IMG/VR virus record: IMGVR_UViG_3300007514_000005
Coordinates: 8,009-72,008 of that record
Direction: 5' to 3' (one strand)
DNA length: 64,000 bases
Source of the DNA: a virus
This document shows, in pieces, positions 9,866 through 18,062 of this stretch. The notes beneath the pieces were generated by a model. The model saw nothing but the letters and a program-made list of their open reading frames with translations. It did not search any database and was not told the DNA's origin. Made by a program: the position numbers and the translations under genes. Within the stretch, counting starts at the first letter, position 1; the number at the start of each line of letters is the position of its first letter.

Positions 9866-11680
9866 ATGAGTTATGTTTATTGGAAAGGCGGAACAGGCGC
9901 TACAAAAAGCGACCCTTCTACACAGGCTAATTGGGTAGATTCTACGGGAACGCAAATAAGTAATACCACATGGAATAGTGGAGACCTTTCTGCACACGAT
10001 ATTATTTTTCAAATAGAAAAAAACATTGCTCCTACTGACCCCGTAGGTATTATCTTCGATGGTTCGCCTTCTTCTCATACTTGGAATACTTTAACGATTA
10101 TCTATGATGATGATGCAAAATGGTATGAAATGTTGAAGTTTGAGAATAGCGCTACTACACTCATTCTAAGTGGTATGGATATTAGAAAGTCACAGATGTT
10201 TAGTGCTACTGCGGCTTGCACAATCAAATTTACAGGCATTCCCCACTTCAATTCTATTCGTAGAGCAAAGGGTAGCACCACAGGAACAGTAGGTGGCGGT
10301 AATGATAACGCAGACCTATATATCAAATTAGTAGATGATAAGGACGAAGAAATTAACCTATTCACCTACCGCACACAAGATTATGCGGGAACAGCGCTAA
10401 GTCAGAATTCATACACTACTGCCGGAATTTTTAAGGATAAGGCTAGTAGAGGTCATTTTACTTTCTTGTTTGAGCCACCTAATGATTCAATACTTGTTTT
10501 AGACAATGGTATATATCCCAAAATGACTTTCGATTGCGCATCTACAAATACAGCAACGCTTTCTTTCGATGATATTCATACTTCATATAACCAATACTCT
10601 AATGCTTCCGAAGCAGTAGATATGCTTAAATTGACTGTTGATACAAGTTTTGATGTTAAACCGTCAGACCACAGTTTAAGGAATAAGAGAAAGCATATCA
10701 AATTAAGTAATGGGTATGCTCTCTCCTGCGCTACATTTGATATGGGATATGCTACACTAGAAATAACTCCCTCTACTGCAACAGAAGGCGACCCCTCTTA
10801 CTATATCCCTTCTTCCGATACTAACAGATTTGGCCCTACGGTCTCTTCTACACAAGCAATGGGTATGACCGTCAAATACACAAAACTAATCATAGGCTCT
10901 CCTGTTAATGAAAAATACAAATTAACAATTGCAAATAACTGTATCGTCACCTGTGAAGAATTACATATCAAATCAGGGGGCAGACTATACGGGCCTACTT
11001 ATGGAAGTAGTGATAGCGCCGAGATACATTGTTTATCAACACCTAAGATAGAAGGAGATTGGAATTTTTCTGAAATATCCACAGGTATATATCGCGCTTC
11101 CGGCACAACCCCTACACTACCTGTAAGCATGGGGGGAACAGGACTTACAAGTATAGGAACGCAAGGGCAGGTTCTTGCGGTTAAATCAAACGGGCAGGGG
11201 CTTGAGTGGAGAGCAGATAGCACTATATCCAACACCTTTATTCTTGTAGGTGAAGAATCGGATAACTACATTTCTTCTAGTGCGGCGGCGGGTAATGCTA
11301 ACGGGTATGTATTTTCTTTTGGTAATGGTGCGCAAAACAGCGATAAAAATAATTCGGGTAGTGATATAGGGGTTATACTTCCTGTGGCCTGCACTTTATC
11401 AAGAGTAGATATTACCTTCGGCAACATAGGTAATAGAGCCGATTCTACTAACCAAACCATAACCGTGTATAAAAACGGAGCATCTACTACAACAACATTA
11501 CTCTATAATTCAAGCGGTTCAGGGAATGACCCTTTCAAGCGCAATTTCGCATCACTAAGCGGCAACGGTTTATCTTATGCCGCAGGTGATACATTCAATC
11601 TTAGGGCAACAGGGCTTAGCGGATACACAGAAACGCAGGTTGGCCCTGCAAGAATGACGGCATATTTCACGGTGAATTAA
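9866..11680 (+). CDS. Second fibre/appendage virion protein
   Basis: LPVSMGGTG...G-x-x-GQVLAV...GLEW fibre motif, beta-rich C-terminal domain, followed by a chaperone-like ORF. Confidence 0.65.
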   Translation: MSYVYWKGGTGATKSDPSTQANWVDSTGTQISNTTWNSGDLSAHDIIFQIEKNIAPTDPVGIIFDGSPSSHTWNTLTIIYDDDAKWYEMLKFENSATTLILSGMDIRKSQMFSATAACTIKFTGIPHFNSIRRAKGSTTGTVGGGNDNADLYIKLVDDKDEEINLFTYRTQDYAGTALSQNSYTTAGIFKDKASRGHFTFLFEPPNDSILVLDNGIYPKMTFDCASTNTATLSFDDIHTSYNQYSNASEAVDMLKLTVDTSFDVKPSDHSLRNKRKHIKLSNGYALSCATFDMGYATLEITPSTATEGDPSYYIPSSDTNRFGPTVSSTQAMGMTVKYTKLIIGSPVNEKYKLTIANNCIVTCEELHIKSGGRLYGPTYGSSDSAEIHCLSTPKIEGDWNFSEISTGIYRASGTTPTLPVSMGGTGLTSIGTQGQVLAVKSNGQGLEWRADSTISNTFILVGEESDNYISSSAAAGNANGYVFSFGNGAQNSDKNNSGSDIGVILPVACTLSRVDITFGNIGNRADSTNQTITVYKNGASTTTTLLYNSSGSGNDPFKRNFASLSGNGLSYAAGDTFNLRATGLSGYTETQVGPARMTAYFTVN

Positions 11681-11681
11681 A

Positions 11682-11942
11682 ATGAGTATGAGTAATGTAA
11701 GAAGTGTTAGACAATATATGCTTGAGGTATTCGTAGATTACTTTCAAAAGCCTTTGATATGGGCTGACCTATCGGCTACTGAACAGCAAGATTTGAAGGA
11801 TTATAGACAGGCTTTGCTTGATTGGCCCGCTACTATTGAGGGTATATTTGGTGACGACCCTATCATAAATCACGCAGAACATCAGCCCGCGCAACCTGCG
11901 TGGTTTGCTGATAAACACCCTATGGGTAGAATATATGAGTAG
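11682..11942 (+). CDS. Second tail-fibre assembly chaperone-like protein
   Basis: W-x-x-L...QQ-x-L-x-x-YRQALLD-x-P, resembling 4745..5032. Confidence 0.65.
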   Translation: MSMSNVRSVRQYMLEVFVDYFQKPLIWADLSATEQQDLKDYRQALLDWPATIEGIFGDDPIINHAEHQPAQPAWFADKHPMGRIYE

Positions 11943-11956
11943 TCCTTAAATACAGT

Positions 11957-12205
11957 ATGGGGGGTGTGGGATACATGAGTGAGAGTGAAGGTGGCGAAGC
12001 CCCCGTAGAGATTGATACTGATGCTGTGCTAAGGATTGCCGCAGACCGTTTGGTTTGGATTAGGCTTCTTGAGAAGGCCGTGAATGATATTGACGGTATA
12101 ATGGTAGGCTTGAAAAACGACATAGCAGAAATTTCTTCATCCATGATGGCGCGTGACGGTGTAATCCCTCAAGAAGAGGTTATACCGGATGACGAGCAAG
12201 AGTGA
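11957..12205 (+). CDS. Hypothetical protein
   Basis: ORF track; likely start at the second Met (MSESEGG). Confidence 0.55.
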   Translation: MGGVGYMSESEGGEAPVEIDTDAVLRIAADRLVWIRLLEKAVNDIDGIMVGLKNDIAEISSSMMARDGVIPQEEVIPDDEQE

Positions 12206-12321
12206 TGATGAGGAAGGTCTAACGCTTGATGTAGGCGGTTGGTTAGGTTGGATACTAAGGAAAATAGGAATTTTAATCTAAGCACTATAACAAATGAGAA
12301 TACAAGCGGAAATGTGATTAA

Positions 12322-12489
12322 ATGGTGGGAAGATTAGGAAAAATTGTGTATCAACCACCGGAAAAGTCTTTCACAAAGATAAACATTGAAGAAACACTAC
12401 ATGGCTACAAAATATATAGGGTGGGAGAAGATAGGCCATTTACAGTAATACCGCTCTCGGCAGTTAAACAGATAATATACGATAGGTGA
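12322..12489 (+). CDS. Small hypothetical protein (55 aa, not in ORF track)
   Basis: Hand translation MVGRLGKIVYQPPEKSFTKINIEETLHGYKIYRVGEDRPFTVIPLSAVKQIIYDR*; fills the gap in the operon. Confidence 0.6.
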   Translation: MVGRLGKIVYQPPEKSFTKINIEETLHGYKIYRVGEDRPFTVIPLSAVKQIIYDR

Positions 12490-12899
12490 ATAAAATGACG
12501 GAAAATAATACAACGGGTCAAATAGAACCCGCAGAAATATGCTATAATGCACTAAACGAGACTGTGGCTTGCGTAAGTGAGTCGGCCTCTATCTTTGATG
12601 ATATAGAAGTAATCCTTCTTTCAATAGGTGTCCTTCTAGGTATTGCGGCATGGGCCAAGCAGAAGTATGCTTCTATGATGGCCGATGGTAAGATAACCCT
12701 TGATGAATTAACAGACTCAATAGGCGAGGCTAAGGAGAAGGCCGCAGAAGCAGAAGAAGCAATCAAGGACATAGAGACTACTCTTGAATCCCATAATGTG
12801 ACTGAATTGAAGGCAATGCTCAAGGAAGCAGGACTGTCCGTAAAGGGTAAGAAAGCAGACCTTATTGCCCGCCTTGAAGCACATAAGGGTGGAGAGTAG
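12486..12899 (+). CDS. Membrane protein with C-terminal SAP domain
   Basis: TM segment VILLSIGVLLGIAAW; C-terminal NVTELKAMLKEAGLSVKGKKADLIARL fits the SAP consensus. Confidence 0.75.
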   Translation: MNKMTENNTTGQIEPAEICYNALNETVACVSESASIFDDIEVILLSIGVLLGIAAWAKQKYASMMADGKITLDELTDSIGEAKEKAAEAEEAIKDIETTLESHNVTELKAMLKEAGLSVKGKKADLIARLEAHKGGE

Positions 12900-13144
12900 T
12901 GTCCGAAGATAGCGTAATCAGTCTTAGACTAGATAACTTGGAAAGCACTTCCGAGAGACACGAGAGATTGATAGAACAATTGATTCAATCCCAAGTGGAT
13001 ATGAAAACGGGTCTAGCAAAGGTCGCTACCGAGTTAGAGATTACTAATGGTCTTATTTCCACATATATGGGTAATATGCAACGCATCACTTTTGCTCTCA
13101 TTGCTATCGTAGCAGGTGCTATGGGTATTTCCACGCAGATGTGA
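12899..13144 (+). CDS. Coiled-coil protein with C-terminal TM helix (holin/XhlA-like architecture)
   Basis: Heptad region followed by ITFALIAIVAGAMGI. Confidence 0.55.
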   Translation: MSEDSVISLRLDNLESTSERHERLIEQLIQSQVDMKTGLAKVATELEITNGLISTYMGNMQRITFALIAIVAGAMGISTQM

Positions 13145-13148
13145 TATT

Positions 13149-13316
13149 ATGCAGGCTAATGATTGGGCAACATGGTGTAATGATGTTGTTTTACGCCTTA
13201 CAAATGTTGAAAAGACACTTAAGGCATATCACAAGACGCAGAAGCGTATGCTTTACATGATAGCGATAGGGTTTGTGACGGTGTTAGGAAATGGGTTATT
13301 ATTGTTCTACAAGTGA
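13149..13316 (+). CDS. Small coiled-coil + TM protein
   Basis: Likely start MQAND; C-terminal hydrophobic helix. Confidence 0.5.
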   Translation: MQANDWATWCNDVVLRLTNVEKTLKAYHKTQKRMLYMIAIGFVTVLGNGLLLFYK

Positions 13317-13818
13317 TGTTGGCTCAAGATTGGGTCTTAACAACGCACAACGAGCACAGGCTTCTACTAAACTCACATTGGCTATGAAGAGAGCCACCAT
13401 AGAGATAGACCAAGAATTTAGAGACTATGGTAGAGCCGCCCCAAGCGGTGAGATGGGCAATAGCACGCTTAGCAGTCCTATACTAGCAGGGGCAGTATCT
13501 ATTCCTGTTGCGAGCAATAGCGGCTTCGGAACAACAGGAGAAGGTAGTATTGATGGCGATTCGTTTTCATGGACGGGCAAAGGCAGTAATACTCTAACAG
13601 GTTGCACGGGAATAAATGTATCTCATGCGGCAGGTGTCGTAGTTAGGGGCGGAGAGATGGCCCACATACTTACAGAAATTTGCGCTGACCTTGCGGCGGC
13701 TTACTTTATGGAAGATGAGGCCGGAACGGTCTCTAACGAAGGCAAGGGTGGAGCGCATTTGCGCGAAAGAGGCACTACAAACCTAAAGAGGCTTGCCCAT
13801 TTGGGGTTAGTTAATTAG
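13291..13818 (+). CDS. Head-tail connector (gp6/gp15-like) with inserted beta domain
   Basis: MGYYCSTSDV start, A-x-x-EID and C-terminal ICADLAA helices; central Gly/Ser-rich insertion. Confidence 0.6.
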   Translation: MGYYCSTSDVGSRLGLNNAQRAQASTKLTLAMKRATIEIDQEFRDYGRAAPSGEMGNSTLSSPILAGAVSIPVASNSGFGTTGEGSIDGDSFSWTGKGSNTLTGCTGINVSHAAGVVVRGGEMAHILTEICADLAAAYFMEDEAGTVSNEGKGGAHLRERGTTNLKRLAHLGLVN

Positions 13819-13826
13819 GTGATGGT

Positions 13827-14450
13827 ATGGTTAGAACACAGGCAGAAGCAGGCAAGGTATTGGATAAGAATACCAAAGACTTGTTCAACGAATTTTTTGA
13901 CGATGCTAAGAAAATAGTAAAGAAAACCCTTAACGAGATAGGTAAGAGAGAGCGTGATAACACGCGGGATAGATTGAGAGGTGGCGACACACTTGCTCGT
14001 TTAGTAGGGAAATCAAAAAGAGGGGTAGATTGGCGCATAAAAATGAGCGGCAATAAGAATGATTATGGAACAATAGAGTTTGGTAATATACTTGGGCCTG
14101 TGCAAGAATCACCATTTGTAGCACGCAGGGCATCAAAGTTAGACAACATTGCGGCAGTTTTGGAATTTGGTGCATCAAACTTCGCCCCTATTGGAAGCGG
14201 GCCGGACGGAACAACAAAAGAGCAAGAGGCTAGGGGGTTCGTCTTTGGAAACAACATAAAAAATATAAAACCCTATGACTTTAGCAAGGTTCTCAAAATA
14301 GGGTTAGTTATGCCCGATATACCACCTAACACCGATTACTTAGAAACAGCACAAGAAAATATACTAGAGCAAATGGAATTGCGAATCCCTGCCGCGTTAG
14401 ACAAGGCTTTTAGAAACACAGACAAACCAAATAGGGGGAAGACAAGATGA
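13827..14450 (+). CDS. Tail completion protein (HK97 gp10-like, putative)
   Basis: Neck-region position; A-x-x-LEFG motif. Confidence 0.5.
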   Translation: MVRTQAEAGKVLDKNTKDLFNEFFDDAKKIVKKTLNEIGKRERDNTRDRLRGGDTLARLVGKSKRGVDWRIKMSGNKNDYGTIEFGNILGPVQESPFVARRASKLDNIAAVLEFGASNFAPIGSGPDGTTKEQEARGFVFGNNIKNIKPYDFSKVLKIGLVMPDIPPNTDYLETAQENILEQMELRIPAALDKAFRNTDKPNRGKTR

Positions 14451-15508
14451 GTATAGCCACTAAGAATGAGTATTGGAATGCTCGTATGACGGGCGCAGAC
14501 CCCGCAAATCCGGGTGGAAATAGCAATGACGCTTGGGCAGGCGGTAGCGGTTCAGCAAGCGGTGGAGATTGGGTAATAACTAACGGCCAATGGGCTATAA
14601 CACCGGACGCTTCTGACCTATCTTACACTATATTGGCGTGCTTTTCCTATACCACAGCACCGTCTAACGGCGCTGTTTTACTTTCCCTTGATAATGGAAC
14701 ACATAAGGTTGAAGTGCAGTCTGACGGCACTACTACGGGCCTGAAAGTAGTAGGTTCTTCAACCAAAACCTTGTCCGACCTTGACTTAGATGTATCAGAA
14801 GACGACTCCGTTCCTGTAATGGTGAGATTAACCCTTGAAAATGGGGGCGCAGTTAAGTGTTATCGCTACGAAATAGAGGAAGATGATGACGCAAACACAG
14901 ATTATCTCAGTTTAACAGGTGCAACGGGTTCTTCTCGTGCAGTAAAGTGGGGTAATACAAGCGGTAATGTAAAGTGGTCGTCTGTTTATTACTCAAAATT
15001 TGGAGCATACGGGCCAAAAGAGTTAATCCCTTCCTCTTTCGCACAAGATATTCATGTTAGAATGGGGTTAGCAATCATAGAACACCTTAGAGATAGTGTA
15101 AAACCATACTTGAAAACACAGGTAAATGATGCAAACATAGTCTATGCTTACGATATATCACCAAGTAAAACGAGAACAATGAGCACTCCGTTTATTCATA
15201 TTCATATAGCCGACATAACTTCGCCGGACTTTGACGCTTTGGGCGGCTCTTCAATAGAACAACACTACGATGTAGAGGTATATGTGACTACAAGGGGTAG
15301 TAATTATGAGAATGCGTATATGTATGGTCTCAATATCTTGGGTGAAATTTTCGATGAACTATATACATCTACGGGTCTTAGCGGCACTACCGATAGTTTA
15401 GTGGGGCATCAATGTAAATTAGACACGCGCTTGGACGATGACGAGATTATTTGCACCCACCAATTAACGATGACTTACAGGCGCAGAATCAAGATGACGA
15501 GGCGTTAA
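14447..15508 (+). CDS. Tail terminator-like protein with extra N-terminal beta domain
   Basis: Directly precedes the tail tube gene; C-terminal ~140 aa has a terminator-like pattern (P-x-I-x-I...Y-x-V-x-V-x-V). Confidence 0.5.
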   Translation: MSIATKNEYWNARMTGADPANPGGNSNDAWAGGSGSASGGDWVITNGQWAITPDASDLSYTILACFSYTTAPSNGAVLLSLDNGTHKVEVQSDGTTTGLKVVGSSTKTLSDLDLDVSEDDSVPVMVRLTLENGGAVKCYRYEIEEDDDANTDYLSLTGATGSSRAVKWGNTSGNVKWSSVYYSKFGAYGPKELIPSSFAQDIHVRMGLAIIEHLRDSVKPYLKTQVNDANIVYAYDISPSKTRTMSTPFIHIHIADITSPDFDALGGSSIEQHYDVEVYVTTRGSNYENAYMYGLNILGEIFDELYTSTGLSGTTDSLVGHQCKLDTRLDDDEIICTHQLTMTYRRRIKMTRR

Positions 15509-15561
15509 TGCGTATATTTATAGGACACTTAGCGCCTTACTGAACATATAGAGGAATCTAA

Positions 15562-17169
15562 ATGGGCGTAGAATGGCTAAACAGATATGTCGCTCTTGAA
15601 AAAGAAGACACATACGGAGTAGAACCCGGAACGGTATCAAAAATAACACATACAGGTGGCGGAGCAGGATATACTGCTAACGACACAGGAACATGGACAC
15701 TTACTTCCGCAGAAGGCGGTAGTGGTGCAAGCGGCACGGTCACTTGCGTTGGTGGAACATCAACAAGCATTACATCTTTCACCGTCTTAGAAGGTGGAAG
15801 TGGTTATTCGGACGATGATAATTTCACCCTAACAATAACAGGTTTGGACGGTGGTGGAAGCGCCCCAACAGGAGTCACCTATGCTATCGGCGGACAGCCG
15901 GAAAGCACAGACGGAAAAACCGATGGAACAAATGACGCTAACGGTATTATCTACGGAGAAGTAGATGACGAATCCATGAAGCAGACTTTTGAATTGCTTA
16001 CTCGCTCAGACATGAGCCGACAGGTTGCTTCAAAGGCTGTGACTAACACTCAGTATGGTGAAGGTTCGATTAACCTTGCTATTCAGCCTGATGATTTTAT
16101 GGGGAACATTCTATACGCTTTCCTACCCGTTGAAGAAATCGGAACAAAGTGCCTACGCTCAGTAGCGGTAGGCGCGACAGGTGGTGGTGGAACAACAGGT
16201 TCTTACATTCTTGAAGTCACCGCCGCAACAACCGCAACAGAAAAGGCTTGGGTCGCAATTAAGACCGCAGGTAGCGGTATTGCGAGCGCTAACATAGTAA
16301 ATCCGGGTAAGGGGCTTACAGGCTCTCTATCAGTAGTGTCTTTTACCACAGACAAGGATGGTAAGGCTACCGGAATTACAGGAAGCCCCGCTCTTACTTT
16401 GAACTATGGTGCTGATGAGGAAGTCCATGTTTTCAATGAGCCTACTCTAAGCACACACGCTTACCCTTCATACACTATGAGGGTTGGACGAGAAGGTAAG
16501 GAACACACATTCACAGGTATGGTTGCTACCAAACTTGGTATAAGCGCTAACCTAAACGAGTATGTGATGGCTTCCGTTGATTGGGTCGGTAAGAATGAAG
16601 AAGCACCTAGCACTCTTCAAACCAATGTTCCATTCGCAGGTCTTAACACAGACGCTCTACACTTTGCTGACGCTGAGGTTTATTTCAGCGACAACACAAA
16701 CAAGACCATTAAGGTTCAGCAAATCTCTTTTGAGATAAACATTAACCGAGACAACGACTCAGCCTACGCTGTTGGGAACAGGTCTTTTACTCGTGCTCCA
16801 CCTACCCGAACAAGGGAGATTACAGGAACACTTGAGTTTAACGAAGTAATCCACACTACTACTACTGCTGAGCCTACTTACTCAGAATTAACAGGGTCAA
16901 GTGTCCATATCCTACAACCGGACTTGGGTGCGGGTGCTATCCGTGTTAGATTCAAGAATGAGGCAGGAACAGAATACCTTGAGTTTGAATTCTACAATGT
17001 AAGGTTTGAAGCCCCCGAAGCATCGGTTAGTGGTCGAGACCCTAACAGAATGAGTGTGGGCTTCCAAGCATTCTACGATGCAAAGCAAGGTGGCGCTCAG
17101 AAGTCTATACAGGCTGTATTGAGCGGTGCGGCAGGCGGCGCTGTGCAATCAACCGCTTACAGCGCATGA
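15562..17169 (+). CDS. Tail tube (major tail) protein with insertion domains
   Basis: YVALEKEDTYG start, PSYT...FTG, R-EITGTLEF motifs; upstream of the chaperone and tape measure genes. Confidence 0.75.
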   Translation: MGVEWLNRYVALEKEDTYGVEPGTVSKITHTGGGAGYTANDTGTWTLTSAEGGSGASGTVTCVGGTSTSITSFTVLEGGSGYSDDDNFTLTITGLDGGGSAPTGVTYAIGGQPESTDGKTDGTNDANGIIYGEVDDESMKQTFELLTRSDMSRQVASKAVTNTQYGEGSINLAIQPDDFMGNILYAFLPVEEIGTKCLRSVAVGATGGGGTTGSYILEVTAATTATEKAWVAIKTAGSGIASANIVNPGKGLTGSLSVVSFTTDKDGKATGITGSPALTLNYGADEEVHVFNEPTLSTHAYPSYTMRVGREGKEHTFTGMVATKLGISANLNEYVMASVDWVGKNEEAPSTLQTNVPFAGLNTDALHFADAEVYFSDNTNKTIKVQQISFEININRDNDSAYAVGNRSFTRAPPTRTREITGTLEFNEVIHTTTTAEPTYSELTGSSVHILQPDLGAGAIRVRFKNEAGTEYLEFEFYNVRFEAPEASVSGRDPNRMSVGFQAFYDAKQGGAQKSIQAVLSGAAGGAVQSTAYSA

Positions 17170-17397
17170 GGTGTTTTTAATGGGTAAAACAACCATTGTA
17201 ATGTTTGATAAGGACGGTAAGCCAATTACCCCAAAGAAGTCGGCGAGTAAGGCTGAATCAAAGAAGTCGGACGAAAATGAGTGAAAACGACAAAACCTTT
17301 ACAAACTCTATTGGGGTTTGGGAGATACAGAAGGACGGCACGGTTCGTCTGATTAGAGAGGCCGAAGTGCCGAAAGAGCGAAAGAGAGTGAAAAAAT

Positions 17398-17754
17398 ATG
17401 CCCGTAGCGGAGAAAGAATTAGAACTAGATGATGGAACGAAGATACTTGTTAGGCAAGCATCGGGTCGAAAGAAATTGAAGATTGAGGCTATACAAGCAA
17501 GAATCTTCCGTCAATTCAGACATTACGGTAGCCCCGAAGATTGGACTATCGAACAGCACGAAGAGTTTGCTGATGCTTTGGATGAGGCGGGCGGCGGTAT
17601 AGAAGCCCAAGTAGAGGCTTGGTTGCCCGATTGTATTCTAACAGAAGGTGTTGATTTAGACGACCTTACTACTATGGAGATAATGACCCTACTTAATTGG
17701 GTTAGAGGCGACACAGAAGAGGCCGCCATCCCTTTGGAATCTTTGCAAGAGTAG
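17398..17754 (+). CDS. Tail assembly chaperone (gpG-like)
   Basis: Acidic 118 aa between tube and tape measure genes; slippery C CCT TTG at 17730-17736. Confidence 0.75.
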   Translation: MPVAEKELELDDGTKILVRQASGRKKLKIEAIQARIFRQFRHYGSPEDWTIEQHEEFADALDEAGGGIEAQVEAWLPDCILTEGVDLDDLTTMEIMTLLNWVRGDTEEAAIPLESLQE

Positions 17755-18062
17755 CGCCGTCTCTTTGCATGGCGTTTAAGGGCGTCTTACCCTCAGATTT
17801 GTGGGATAAATATGACCGAGAGGACGGGTTCGACCGTCTTATGTTAGACATTGAAATAGCCAATGAGATTAACGACTTGGTTAAAGAGGCACACGCTTCT
17901 TCTAGTAAGGGTGCTGATGCGAATGCGGCTAGGGGAGCAGTATCACGAAGAAATCAACGCAGAAAAGCACGAGAGACATATTTAAGCAACACTAATGACT
18001 TCTTTGATACCGTAGAGAAAGCAGGCTTGCCTGTGACGAGAGTAGGTGGAGAGGATGATTAG
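17730..18062 (+). CDS. gpT-like -1 frameshift extension of the tail chaperone
   Basis: The -1 frame is open from the heptamer (CCC TTT GGA ATC TTT GCA...) through ORF 17769..18062. Confidence 0.7.
   Translation, partial: PFGIFARVAPSLCMAFKGVLPSDLWDKYDREDGFDRLMLDIEIANEINDLVKEAHASSSKGADANAARGAVSRRNQRRKARETYLSNTNDFFDTVEKAGLPVTRVGGEDD

Noticed and set aside
17205-17432. 75-aa ORF between tail tube and chaperone as called
   Set aside because: The 5' part looks spurious; only a shorter product from MSEND (~17277) is plausible, and I could not support a function.
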